From the NCBI GenBank assembly GCA_020059465.1, contig JAGVBZ010000021.1, positions 34,788 through 98,787 on the forward strand: a DNA stretch of 64,000 nucleotides, given 5' to 3'. The notes beneath the pieces were generated by a model, which worked only from the letters and a program-made list of their open reading frames with translations, was not told where the DNA came from and did no database searches. Numbering within the stretch: the stretch's first letter is position 1; each line of letters opens with the position of its first letter. This document shows, piece after piece, positions 10,447-18,641 of this stretch. Position numbers and translations under genes: made by a program. The stretch comes from Brevinematales bacterium. GTDB taxonomy: Bacteria; Spirochaetota; Brevinematia; Brevinematales; GWF1-51-8.

Positions 10447-11382
10447 CTATTTGGGTTTCGGGCCGCCCTTGATGTAGGTCATCGCCAGACGGAAACCGAT
10501 GTAATAGGAACTAGAGTACGGAAACGGGTAATTTCTATTCGCGATTCGGAGATGCTCCTTTAGGGAGTTGACGCTTCCTCCGCGTATCACATGCGAGTAG
10601 CCCTGCAGAGGGCCGGCGGGATTCTCATTCGTATAGGAGGTGTACGGGCCGTACCAGTCCCAGCACCATTCCCACACGTTCCCGCTCATATCGTAAATTC
10701 CCAGCGAGTTCGGATGCTTGAGTCCTACGGGAAACGGCGGATCGATTGTCTGTGAAAAATCATACCAGCCGACCAATTCGGGACGGTCGCTACCGCTGTA
10801 GATATACGGCATCGGATAATTCCCCCCGCGCGCGGCGTATTCCCATTCCGCCTCCGTCGGGAGACGGTATCCGTCTACAGAAAAATCACAGGTCACAATC
10901 CACTTTTTTGGATCGTATCCCCCCAGGTTATTGGGATCCTTCCTGCTCTTTTCGATTATATAGCAGGGAATCAGCCCTTCCTTCAGGCTTTTCCAATTAC
11001 AGAACTCGACCGCATCGTACCAGTCGATATTGACCACCGGCCTCGTACCCCGCCCCAATCCGTCGTCGGGCGGGAGCGGCTTACCCGTATCGAAGCAGTA
11101 ACGGTCGTATTCCTGAAACGTCACCTCGAAGCGCGAAAGATAAAAACTATCCACCAGCGCATAATGCACCGGCTTTTCGTCCGCATCGCCTTTGTTCCAT
11201 GTGTCGCCCATTTCGAAAACCCCGCCCTCGATGTAAACCATCGGGTTCGGCTGGTACTCCAATAATACGATGATATTTGTCTCGACATATCCGGTAGGCG
11301 CCTCAACCGGAGGCACGCCGAAAATAGTCTGAAGCCAGATCATCAGTGAGTTGATAAAAACATTGATTCCGGTATAATTCAT
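10447..11382 (-). CDS. Formylglycine-generating-enzyme (SUMF1/EgtB/PvdO) family domain protein, probably exported
   Basis: FEMGD, EKPVH, RPVVNIDWYDAVEFCNW, YRLPTEAEWEYAARGG, LGIYDMSGNVWEWC, RGGS, IGFRLA; lacks the true-FGE CxxxxC; start may be 11382 or 11397. Confidence 0.88.
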   Translation of the reverse strand: MNYTGINVFINSLMIWLQTIFGVPPVEAPTGYVETNIIVLLEYQPNPMVYIEGGVFEMGDTWNKGDADEKPVHYALVDSFYLSRFEVTFQEYDRYCFDTGKPLPPDDGLGRGTRPVVNIDWYDAVEFCNWKSLKEGLIPCYIIEKSRKDPNNLGGYDPKKWIVTCDFSVDGYRLPTEAEWEYAARGGNYPMPYIYSGSDRPELVGWYDFSQTIDPPFPVGLKHPNSLGIYDMSGNVWEWCWDWYGPYTSYTNENPAGPLQGYSHVIRGGSVNSLKEHLRIANRNYPFPYSSSYYIGFRLAMTYIKGGPKPK

Positions 11383-11696
11383 AGGTACGCCTCGCAATTA
11401 TCATATTATTATCGTAAAAAGCGGGCGGAGAATGAAGAAAAATGACAGGAAACTCGATGAGATAAGTGATCGGGATGACAGGTATTTTGTCACTGCGAAA
11501 ACACAGAACGAAGTAATCTGTAAAAGACCGCTTCGTCCTGTGTCCTCGTAATGACATGGACTGTACATAACCCCGATACCGCGCGATATACTTTTTAGAG
11601 CGCGGCAGAAGCTGTCGCGTATGATGGATTGTGAGATTGATATATCCCCGGTATCCCGCACAGAAGTGAGGGAGATGCGCTCACCGTGACGGAGCC

Positions 11697-11772
11697 GTCA
11701 TCCTGAGCCTGTCGTCATCCTGAGCCTGCCGTCATCCTGAGCCTGCCGTCATCCTGAGCCTGTCGAAGGATG
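11697..11772. repeat. Four tandem 17-bp units ending in a complete REP-like hairpin
   Basis: GTCATCCTGAGCCTG(T/C)C at 11697, 11714, 11731 and 11748, then GAAGGATG, giving CATCCT...AGGATG stem. Confidence 0.9.
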
Positions 11773-11792
11773 CAATTGAATACCTATTAGGG

Positions 11793-12953
11793 CTAATTCT
11801 GCTGGGAAACCGCGTATTCCAGACTAAAGCAGAACACCCTGGGAGGATTGTTTACGGGAATATACACCGTCTTTCCATAATAATCCCTAGCCCATTTTAA
11901 GTTGGGGCGGGTTACAAGTCCGAGGTATTTGTTGATAAACATGATGACCCCCGTATCGGCATTCACGACATTGATGAACCCGTTATCGTCAATACCGGCA
12001 ACCACATTAAGACCATCCGAGTAATAGATAGGCGAATAGGTGAACGGGTCGTAGGTGCGGCAGAACCAGTTCTGGTTGAGCGCCGCGGAAATATCATATT
12101 TTCCGATGCCGGGATTATTATATTTTGAGAAACCCGCATATAGTTTCTTATAGATAGGGTTTATCAGCAATGAAGAATACTTCACTTCCATCCCGGTGAT
12201 ATTCTCCTCGGACAAAGCCGTCAGATTATTATAGGCGTCAAATACCAGGATCCCTACGCTTCCGCCGACATACAGTTTCTGGTTAAACCCGTAATATATC
12301 GCGGAACCGTAAATATTCATTAATGTTTCTTTCGATGTGACGCTGAAAAATGTATTGTCGGTCTTTACAATCGTCCCGTCGTAATCGAAAATATAAAAGT
12401 TATTATCTCCATAAAGCACTTTCACTATTTTCGAGAGGTTTACATCGATCGATGTAAAGGAATCGATCTGAAAGGGATTATTATTTATTTTTACCGCAAC
12501 AATCTTCTGCGCGCTATGCAGTATTAAAACGGGGTCAAGCGTCGAATTGGTGTATACCAGATAATTCGCGGACGGCAGTATTGGCAGATTCGTCTGCGCA
12601 ACCAAATCGCCGTAATCGGTTCCGTACTTCCTGAGTGTGGCCTCGGACGACCCTGAATTGGTAGAAACCACAAACAGGAAGCCGTTCCCAAGAATTTCCG
12701 TCGAATAAAGCAGGACTATATTCTGGTTGCTGATTGTCCTGAACCATTTCAGGTTTCCCGTATCCATCCAAACATTAAATATATTGCCCTTCTCGTCGGC
12801 AAAAAACACGGAACTTCCTTCCTGAACCACTCCCGCGACCACATCGTAATCCAAATTATACTGCCACACTACCCCTTCATCATATTGAGGGCTGAGGCTG
12901 CATGCGGAAAAGCCCAAAAGCAGAAGCGCGGCAAAAATCACTTTATTTCTCAT
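11793..12953 (-). CDS. PQQ-like beta-propeller lipoprotein (BamB-like fold)
   Basis: Lipobox LGFSAC; 'VVWQY...VFFADEKGNIFNVWMDTGNLKW' PQQ-repeat pattern. Confidence 0.7.
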   Translation of the reverse strand: MRNKVIFAALLLLGFSACSLSPQYDEGVVWQYNLDYDVVAGVVQEGSSVFFADEKGNIFNVWMDTGNLKWFRTISNQNIVLLYSTEILGNGFLFVVSTNSGSSEATLRKYGTDYGDLVAQTNLPILPSANYLVYTNSTLDPVLILHSAQKIVAVKINNNPFQIDSFTSIDVNLSKIVKVLYGDNNFYIFDYDGTIVKTDNTFFSVTSKETLMNIYGSAIYYGFNQKLYVGGSVGILVFDAYNNLTALSEENITGMEVKYSSLLINPIYKKLYAGFSKYNNPGIGKYDISAALNQNWFCRTYDPFTYSPIYYSDGLNVVAGIDDNGFINVVNADTGVIMFINKYLGLVTRPNLKWARDYYGKTVYIPVNNPPRVFCFSLEYAVSQQN

Positions 12954-13083
12954 CTTTTCTCCTCAATTAAATCAATTTATTATTGGCAGAAAACTCATTC
13001 TCCTTTATAATATATCTCCATACGGCAGAAAGTCAAGTAATCTATAGATATAACTCAAAAAAGCAGTCGGAGGATGCACCTGA

Positions 13084-14682
13084 ATGAAAGAATTGATGTT
13101 GGGAAATGAGGCTATCGCACGAGGCGCCTACGAGGCAAATGCTTGGGTCGCCACCGGATATCCCGGAACACCAAGCTCCGAAATTATTGAGACTATCGGT
13201 GAAAAATATCCCGAGATCAGTTCCGAATGGAGCGTCAACGAGAAGGTCGCGCTGGAAATCGCGATCGGTTCCTCCATCGCAGGGATACGTTCGCTCTGTA
13301 CGATGAAACATGTCGGTCTTAATGTCGCGGCCGACCCGCTGATGACTGTGGCATATACCGGAGTGGAAGGCGGACTTGTAATCGTGGTCGCCGACGACCC
13401 CGGTATGCATTCGTCGCAGAACGAGCAGGACACCCGGAATTACGCGAAATTTGCAAAAATACCCGCCCTCGAACCGTCGGACAGCGGAGATGCTAAGGAA
13501 TTTACCGCATTAGCGTTCGATATTTCGGAAAAGTTCGATACCCCGGTTATTATCCGTACCCTGACCCGCGTCGCCCATACCAAAACCGCGGTTGAAATAA
13601 AAAAAGTATCCCGGAAACTTCCCCCTATGGCGGAAGGAAAAAACGCGAAGAAATATGTAATGATTCCCGCAAACGCCCGCCCCAGGCATACGATAGTTCT
13701 GGAGCGCTATCTGAAACTCCGCGAGTATTCCGAAACCTTCGCCCATCACCAGGCAGAGTACCGGGGGACGGATATCGGAATAGTCACCCACGGTTTCGTA
13801 TATAATTATGTCCGGGAGGCGCTGCCCGACGCGAGTGTGTTCAAGGTCGCGATGTACCCTCTTCCTATAAAAAAGATAAAAGAATTTGCGAAAAAAGTGA
13901 AAAAGCTTTACGTTATAGAGGAGTTGGATCCGCTGATCGAGGAGGAACTCCGCGCCGAAGGGCTGCAGTTCACCGGGAAGGAAATCATTCCTTCCGAGGG
14001 CGAACTTTCTATCGACATCATCCGGAAAGCGTTCGGGATAACCGACCGCGAGGTTAAGCCTCATGCCGGACTGCCGCCGCGCCCTCCGCAGTTATGTAAG
14101 GGATGCGGGCATATTCAGGTGTTCGAGGTGCTGCGGGACCTGAAATGCACGGTACTCGGCGATATCGGGTGCTATACCCTGGGGATGCTTCCGCCGTATA
14201 ACGCGATGCACACCACTGTATGTATGGGCGCGAGTGTCGGCAACGAGATCGGGTTTAAGAAGGCGTCCCAGCTTCATCAGTCCATCGCGAACTCGGTCGC
14301 GGTTATCGGAGATTCGACGTTTTTCCACTCCGGTATGACGGGGCTTCTCAACGCGGTCTATAACCGTACGCCGATCACCCTTATCATACTGGATAACCGG
14401 ATCACAGCGATGACAGGGCATCAGCCCAGCCCCAACACCGGGTTCGACAACGCATTCCGGCCGAACGAACGAGTGGATATGGAACAGGTAGTGAAGGGTC
14501 TGGGGATACGCCGGGTACGCAGGATCAAGATCGGTCCGCGAACGGTCGATGAATTTAAAAATGCCGTTCTTGAAGAAACCGCGGTGAACGAACCGTCGGT
14601 GATTATCGCGGACGAGATATGTGTTATCTCCGAACCGAAAATGCGTAAATTGGCAGAACAAATAAAGCAGGAACATAAATGA
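13084..14682 (+). CDS. iorA: Indolepyruvate:ferredoxin oxidoreductase alpha subunit (no C-terminal ferredoxin domain)
   Basis: LGNEAIARGA, GYPGTPSSE, MKHVGLNVAADP, SSQNEQD, RPPQLCKGCGH, GDIGCY, GDSTFFHSG, DNRITAMTGHQ. Confidence 0.95.
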   Translation: MKELMLGNEAIARGAYEANAWVATGYPGTPSSEIIETIGEKYPEISSEWSVNEKVALEIAIGSSIAGIRSLCTMKHVGLNVAADPLMTVAYTGVEGGLVIVVADDPGMHSSQNEQDTRNYAKFAKIPALEPSDSGDAKEFTALAFDISEKFDTPVIIRTLTRVAHTKTAVEIKKVSRKLPPMAEGKNAKKYVMIPANARPRHTIVLERYLKLREYSETFAHHQAEYRGTDIGIVTHGFVYNYVREALPDASVFKVAMYPLPIKKIKEFAKKVKKLYVIEELDPLIEEELRAEGLQFTGKEIIPSEGELSIDIIRKAFGITDREVKPHAGLPPRPPQLCKGCGHIQVFEVLRDLKCTVLGDIGCYTLGMLPPYNAMHTTVCMGASVGNEIGFKKASQLHQSIANSVAVIGDSTFFHSGMTGLLNAVYNRTPITLIILDNRITAMTGHQPSPNTGFDNAFRPNERVDMEQVVKGLGIRRVRRIKIGPRTVDEFKNAVLEETAVNEPSVIIADEICVISEPKMRKLAEQIKQEHK

Positions 14683-16211
14683 ACGTTGAACTCGCCTCAT
14701 ATATTGTCGGGGCATCCTTCGGACTTTTTTTATGTGTGCAGTACATTGTCTTCTATTTCATCCTGGTAGCGAATTCCGATGCGAAGAAGAATAAATCGGA
14801 TGTAGTTTACATAGCTCTGATCGGGGTCTCCATTATGGCGTACGGGATTCTGGGAAGCATCCAGATGCTGAGTACCGATCCCTACATTACCGCGGTATTC
14901 TATCGCCTAAAGCTTTCCGCCGGGGTCATTCTCCTTTCGTTCTATGTCCTGCTTCTCAGGTATATCCTGATCCTGATTAAAGATATGACATTTGTGGAAA
15001 CCGACGAGTACAAGGAATCCACTAAGAAATACCTGCTTCTCATGCTTGGAATTTGCGCGGCGTTCATTGTTCTTATCATTTTTACCGATCTCGTGATCGA
15101 TCTTGAGACCGCGACGTACCGTCTCACCGGTCTGATCTACCCGGCGTTCTTTGTCATTGTAGCGGTAATCGAGTACATCGAATTTTATCGTCTTCTCCGA
15201 AAAGAGGAGGGTAAAATTACCCTGATGAACCGTTTCCGTTTCAAAACTATCCTCTGGACAGGAATCGTCCCGGTCATCTTCGCGCTGGTCGAGATACTGA
15301 TCCGTATGTTTATCAGCCCGGACGTCACTACAAAGTTCGGTTCATTTTTCATGTACGGCATCTTTTTCCTCAGTCTCGGGCTCAGCCTAAACCTGATGTT
15401 CGAATACATGAGCGTGATGACACGTATGTCGGAGAGCAATCGTAAACTGAGCGACCTGAATAAAAGGATTCTTGACGAGGTGCGCACCGCTCAGTCGCTC
15501 CAATTCTCCCTGCTGCCCATCGATAAACAGCGTGAGATTCAGAAACTTCTCGATATGGAAATTTCGTATATGCCAATGCAGAGCGTCGGCGGGGATTACT
15601 ACGATTTTTACCAGATCGATAACAATAAACTTCTGATGATACTCGGGGATGCGTCGGGCCACGGAATATACGCGGCTATGATATGGGCGATGCTGAAGGT
15701 CGAGGTCGAGGAGATTATCGAGGAGAACCAGATCAGCGATCTTGCGCAGGCGTTCACTCTTCTCAACAAGCGTATTACGCGAATACTTGAAAACACCTAT
15801 TCCTACGCGACCCTGTTCTCATGTCTTATCAATCTCGACGACCATAATCTTACCTATATTTCCGCGGGGCATACCGATCAGTTCTATTACTCCAAGCAGG
15901 ATGACAGCGTTGTTAAAATACGCAACCGTAACCCAATCATAGGTACTTTCAAGAACGCCAAATATTCCGCCGACGGGATATCCAATCATCCGGGCGACGC
16001 AATTCTGCTGTTTACAGACGGCGTTATCGAGGGGATTAATCCCGAAGGAATGCAGATCGGCGAGAGACGTCTGGAGGACATGTTCCTCGATGCGTGCCAG
16101 AACGCCGACAACGCATCGCTTATCCTGAATAATATGCTCAGTTCAATAGAAGAATTCTGTGAAGGAACAATCCAGCACGACGACCGGACTATGATGGTCA
16201 TAAAACTATAA
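14679..16211 (+). CDS. Multi-TM (~7) sensor fused to SpoIIE/PP2C Ser phosphatase
   Basis: About 7 hydrophobic segments, coiled coil, AQSLQFSLLP, VGGDYYD, GDASGHG, LFTDG, DDRT. Confidence 0.92.
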   Translation: MNVELASYIVGASFGLFLCVQYIVFYFILVANSDAKKNKSDVVYIALIGVSIMAYGILGSIQMLSTDPYITAVFYRLKLSAGVILLSFYVLLLRYILILIKDMTFVETDEYKESTKKYLLLMLGICAAFIVLIIFTDLVIDLETATYRLTGLIYPAFFVIVAVIEYIEFYRLLRKEEGKITLMNRFRFKTILWTGIVPVIFALVEILIRMFISPDVTTKFGSFFMYGIFFLSLGLSLNLMFEYMSVMTRMSESNRKLSDLNKRILDEVRTAQSLQFSLLPIDKQREIQKLLDMEISYMPMQSVGGDYYDFYQIDNNKLLMILGDASGHGIYAAMIWAMLKVEVEEIIEENQISDLAQAFTLLNKRITRILENTYSYATLFSCLINLDDHNLTYISAGHTDQFYYSKQDDSVVKIRNRNPIIGTFKNAKYSADGISNHPGDAILLFTDGVIEGINPEGMQIGERRLEDMFLDACQNADNASLILNNMLSSIEEFCEGTIQHDDRTMMVIKL

Positions 16212-16220
16212 GGACGAACA

Positions 16221-16817
16221 ATGGAATCGAAAAGCGTAGTACTTTGCGGTGTAGGCGGACAAGGCATTATCCTGGCGTCGGAGATCATCAGCGAAGCGTT
16301 ATTCCGACACGGATATGACGTTAAGAAAAACGAGATTCATGGGATGAGCCAGCGCGGCGGAGCAGTGGTCAGTTTTATACGTTTCGGCGATAAGGTTTTT
16401 TCGCCTGTGGTCAAACTGGGAGAAGCGGATATCGTGATCAGCTTCGAACAGCTCGAGATGCTGCGCAACGTCCATTTTCTGAAAAAGGACGGCCATGCGG
16501 TTACTACCGATATAAAGATCGACCCGGTACCCGTGATTCTCGGTTCTGCGGAATATCCGGATGATATACCCGGCAAGGTGAAAAATTTCACAAAAAACCT
16601 GTGTGTCCTCGATGTCGAGCAGGCTGTGCGCGCGGTCGGAAACCTGAAAGCAATCAATGTACTTGTTATCGGATATCTCTCCCACCTTCTTCCGGAGGTA
16701 AAAGAGAAAATATGGAAAGACGCGATTACCGAGATGGTCAAGCCGGAGTTTCATGAGATGAACCTGAAGGCATTCGAACTCGGAAAACAACTTGCATGCG
16801 AGTTCAATCCGCAGTAA
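16221..16817 (+). CDS. iorB: Indolepyruvate:ferredoxin oxidoreductase beta subunit
   Basis: GVGGQGIILAS, EIHGMSQRGGAV, NLKAFELG. Confidence 0.95.
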   Translation: MESKSVVLCGVGGQGIILASEIISEALFRHGYDVKKNEIHGMSQRGGAVVSFIRFGDKVFSPVVKLGEADIVISFEQLEMLRNVHFLKKDGHAVTTDIKIDPVPVILGSAEYPDDIPGKVKNFTKNLCVLDVEQAVRAVGNLKAINVLVIGYLSHLLPEVKEKIWKDAITEMVKPEFHEMNLKAFELGKQLACEFNPQ

Positions 16818-16885
16818 CTACGGATAACCGGCCATTCTACAAATTCGGGCATTCAATCTGCGTCATGAAATGTTAAGGATACGGG

Positions 16886-17641
16886 TTAGTAAATCTCTTC
16901 CTCTACGAAGTCCATCCATTCCTCGAAGTAGAGATAACGGAAACAGTGCGGGCACTGATGCAGTTCGATATCCTCGGGACGGATATCCGATCCGAGGTCG
17001 CCCTGAAGGGCGGTAGGAAGAATAGTGTTACACCCGGAACAAGCGTCGCCCTCGACTAAAACAATCGCCGCTCCGTTTGTCTTATGGAACATGCTGTCGA
17101 GATAGTCGATGAACTGTATGCCGAACGCCTTGCGCATTTCGCCGGCTTTTTCGATTATTTCGTTCAGTTCGCCGCTATGCTGGTCTTTTATTACATCAAT
17201 CTCCTTCTGGAAATCGGCAATCTTGACCTTATTCTCCTCGATTTTCGCGGAGAGACGTTCGTACTCATTTTTATATTCGAGCTGTTTCGATGTATCGTAT
17301 TCGATCTGTGCCTGGATCAGCGACTGCTCCTGCTGCATCTTCTCCATTTCCTTTTCCCAGGATTTGATCTGGCGGACGATCTTAATCTTATCCTTTCCCT
17401 CGTCGAGGTTCGCGATACGGGTGTTTATCTCGTCGCGTTTACCGATTTCCTCGTTGATTTTCTTATTCATCTCCTTTATCGTGAGATCAATATCGCCGAG
17501 AGTCTGGATCAAGTTATTGTTTTCCTTCTCGGATTTGATAAGCCTTGCTTCCTGTTCTTTATAAAGGTCTTTTATTTCCTTTTCGCGGTTGAAAAGATTT
17601 TGCATTTCTACGAGTTTTTTGACTTGTTCAAGAGACGTCAT
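16886..17641 (-). CDS. C4-type zinc-ribbon coiled-coil protein (DUF164; CT398/HP0958-like)
   Basis: Long coiled coil then CSGC...CPHCFRYLY; start moved to ATG 17641 with GGAGG RBS because the longer ORF runs into the tRNA. Confidence 0.85.
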   Translation of the reverse strand: MTSLEQVKKLVEMQNLFNREKEIKDLYKEQEARLIKSEKENNNLIQTLGDIDLTIKEMNKKINEEIGKRDEINTRIANLDEGKDKIKIVRQIKSWEKEMEKMQQEQSLIQAQIEYDTSKQLEYKNEYERLSAKIEENKVKIADFQKEIDVIKDQHSGELNEIIEKAGEMRKAFGIQFIDYLDSMFHKTNGAAIVLVEGDACSGCNTILPTALQGDLGSDIRPEDIELHQCPHCFRYLYFEEWMDFVEEEIY

Positions 17642-17675
17642 TCGCCGTCCTCCAAATTGTGTTTTGAGATGACAA

Positions 17676-17749
17676 TGGGCCCACCAGGACTTGAACCTGG
17701 GACCCACTGATTATGAGTCAGTTGCTCTAACCGTCTGAGCTATGGGCCC
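17676..17749 (-). tRNA. tRNA with CAT anticodon, most likely tRNA-Ile2 (lysidine)
   Basis: GGGCCCATAGCTCAG...ACTGA-CTCATAA-TCAGT...GGTTCAAGTCC...TGGGCCCA cloverleaf; C4/C5 acceptor-stem pairs fit TilS determinants; no encoded CCA. Confidence 0.9.
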
Positions 17750-18062
17750 TCGTTAACAGGCGGTTACTCAAATATGCCTGTAATTATATAAGTATCGAAT
17801 ATAAATTATAACTTATCTACGCAAATTCGTCAAATATTCGCAAAAGGAAATCCCTCTGCCGTACTTGAATTCAATGAACGGCATCAATCCGCCGGAGATA
17901 CTTTTTTTCCATGCAGGTCATCTCAGCATTTTCTGCTGTTGTCATCCCAAGAAATGAAATAAAATTGCCTTTTCCATTCAATATAATTATATTATAATAG
18001 TATGAATATAGAATGCGGAAAGATTTCTTCGGACATATTGATTACTTCATAGGAGGAACAAT

Positions 18063-18569
18063 ATGAAAGACAAACGAGATACCGGGAAACCGGGGGATAA
18101 AGGTTTATTTATCGAACGTGTTTTCGACGCGCCGCGCGAAACGGTATGGGATGCATGGACAAACCCTGAAATCGTGAAAAAATGGTGGGGGCCCAAGTTT
18201 TTCTCATCGCCCCATATAGAGATCGATTTCCGTGAGGGCGGAAAATATCTTTACTGCATGCGCTCTCCCGACGGTAAGGACTACTGGAGTACCGGGGTCT
18301 TTCAGGAAATAATCGAGTTTAAGAAACTTGTCCTGACCGATGATTTTGCCGACGAGAAAGGCAATCCCGTTTCCGCGTCATACTACGGTATGAGTGCAGA
18401 CCTCCCGATGGGCTTACTGGTCACATTTACATTCGACGACCGGATGGGAAAGACCTATTTTACTCTTGCATATGCGGAGTGGCCCGGGGGAATCGAGATC
18501 GAAAACGCACGACAGGGATGGAACGAATCGCTGGATAAGCTGGCGGAATATCTTTCATCGATGAATTAA
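18063..18569 (+). CDS. SRPBCC/AHSA1-like domain protein
   Basis: IERVFDAPRETVWDAWT, WWGP, DFREGG, QGWNESLDKL; AGGAGG RBS. Confidence 0.9.
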   Translation: MKDKRDTGKPGDKGLFIERVFDAPRETVWDAWTNPEIVKKWWGPKFFSSPHIEIDFREGGKYLYCMRSPDGKDYWSTGVFQEIIEFKKLVLTDDFADEKGNPVSASYYGMSADLPMGLLVTFTFDDRMGKTYFTLAYAEWPGGIEIENARQGWNESLDKLAEYLSSMN

Positions 18570-18641
18570 TGCCAATCTGAGGGCTGTCGCTTTCCGGTCT
18601 TCAACTGATGCAAAATATGATCCAAAAACTATGGTATGACG

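Noticed and set aside
10447-11690. FGE/CLec-fold gene as a diversity-generating retroelement target
   Set aside because: No template repeat resembling its 3' end and no reverse transcriptase seen in the window; a remote DGR cannot be excluded
11401-11690. Short ORFs on both strands (86 aa minus; 39 aa plus followed by TAA-TGA and a further open stretch)
   Set aside because: No recognisable homology or convincing RBS; cannot support either a gene or readthrough
11697-11772. CRISPR array
   Set aside because: 17-bp units are directly adjacent with no spacers, and no cas genes are present
17642-17707. N-terminal extension of the zinc-ribbon ORF
   Set aside because: Overlaps the tRNA; the better start is ATG 17641 with a GGAGG RBS
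17676-17749. Initiator or elongator tRNA-Met
   Set aside because: Paired G1-C72 and no GGG/CCC anticodon stem exclude initiator; C4/C5 acceptor pairs favour Ile2, though elongator Met is not fully excluded
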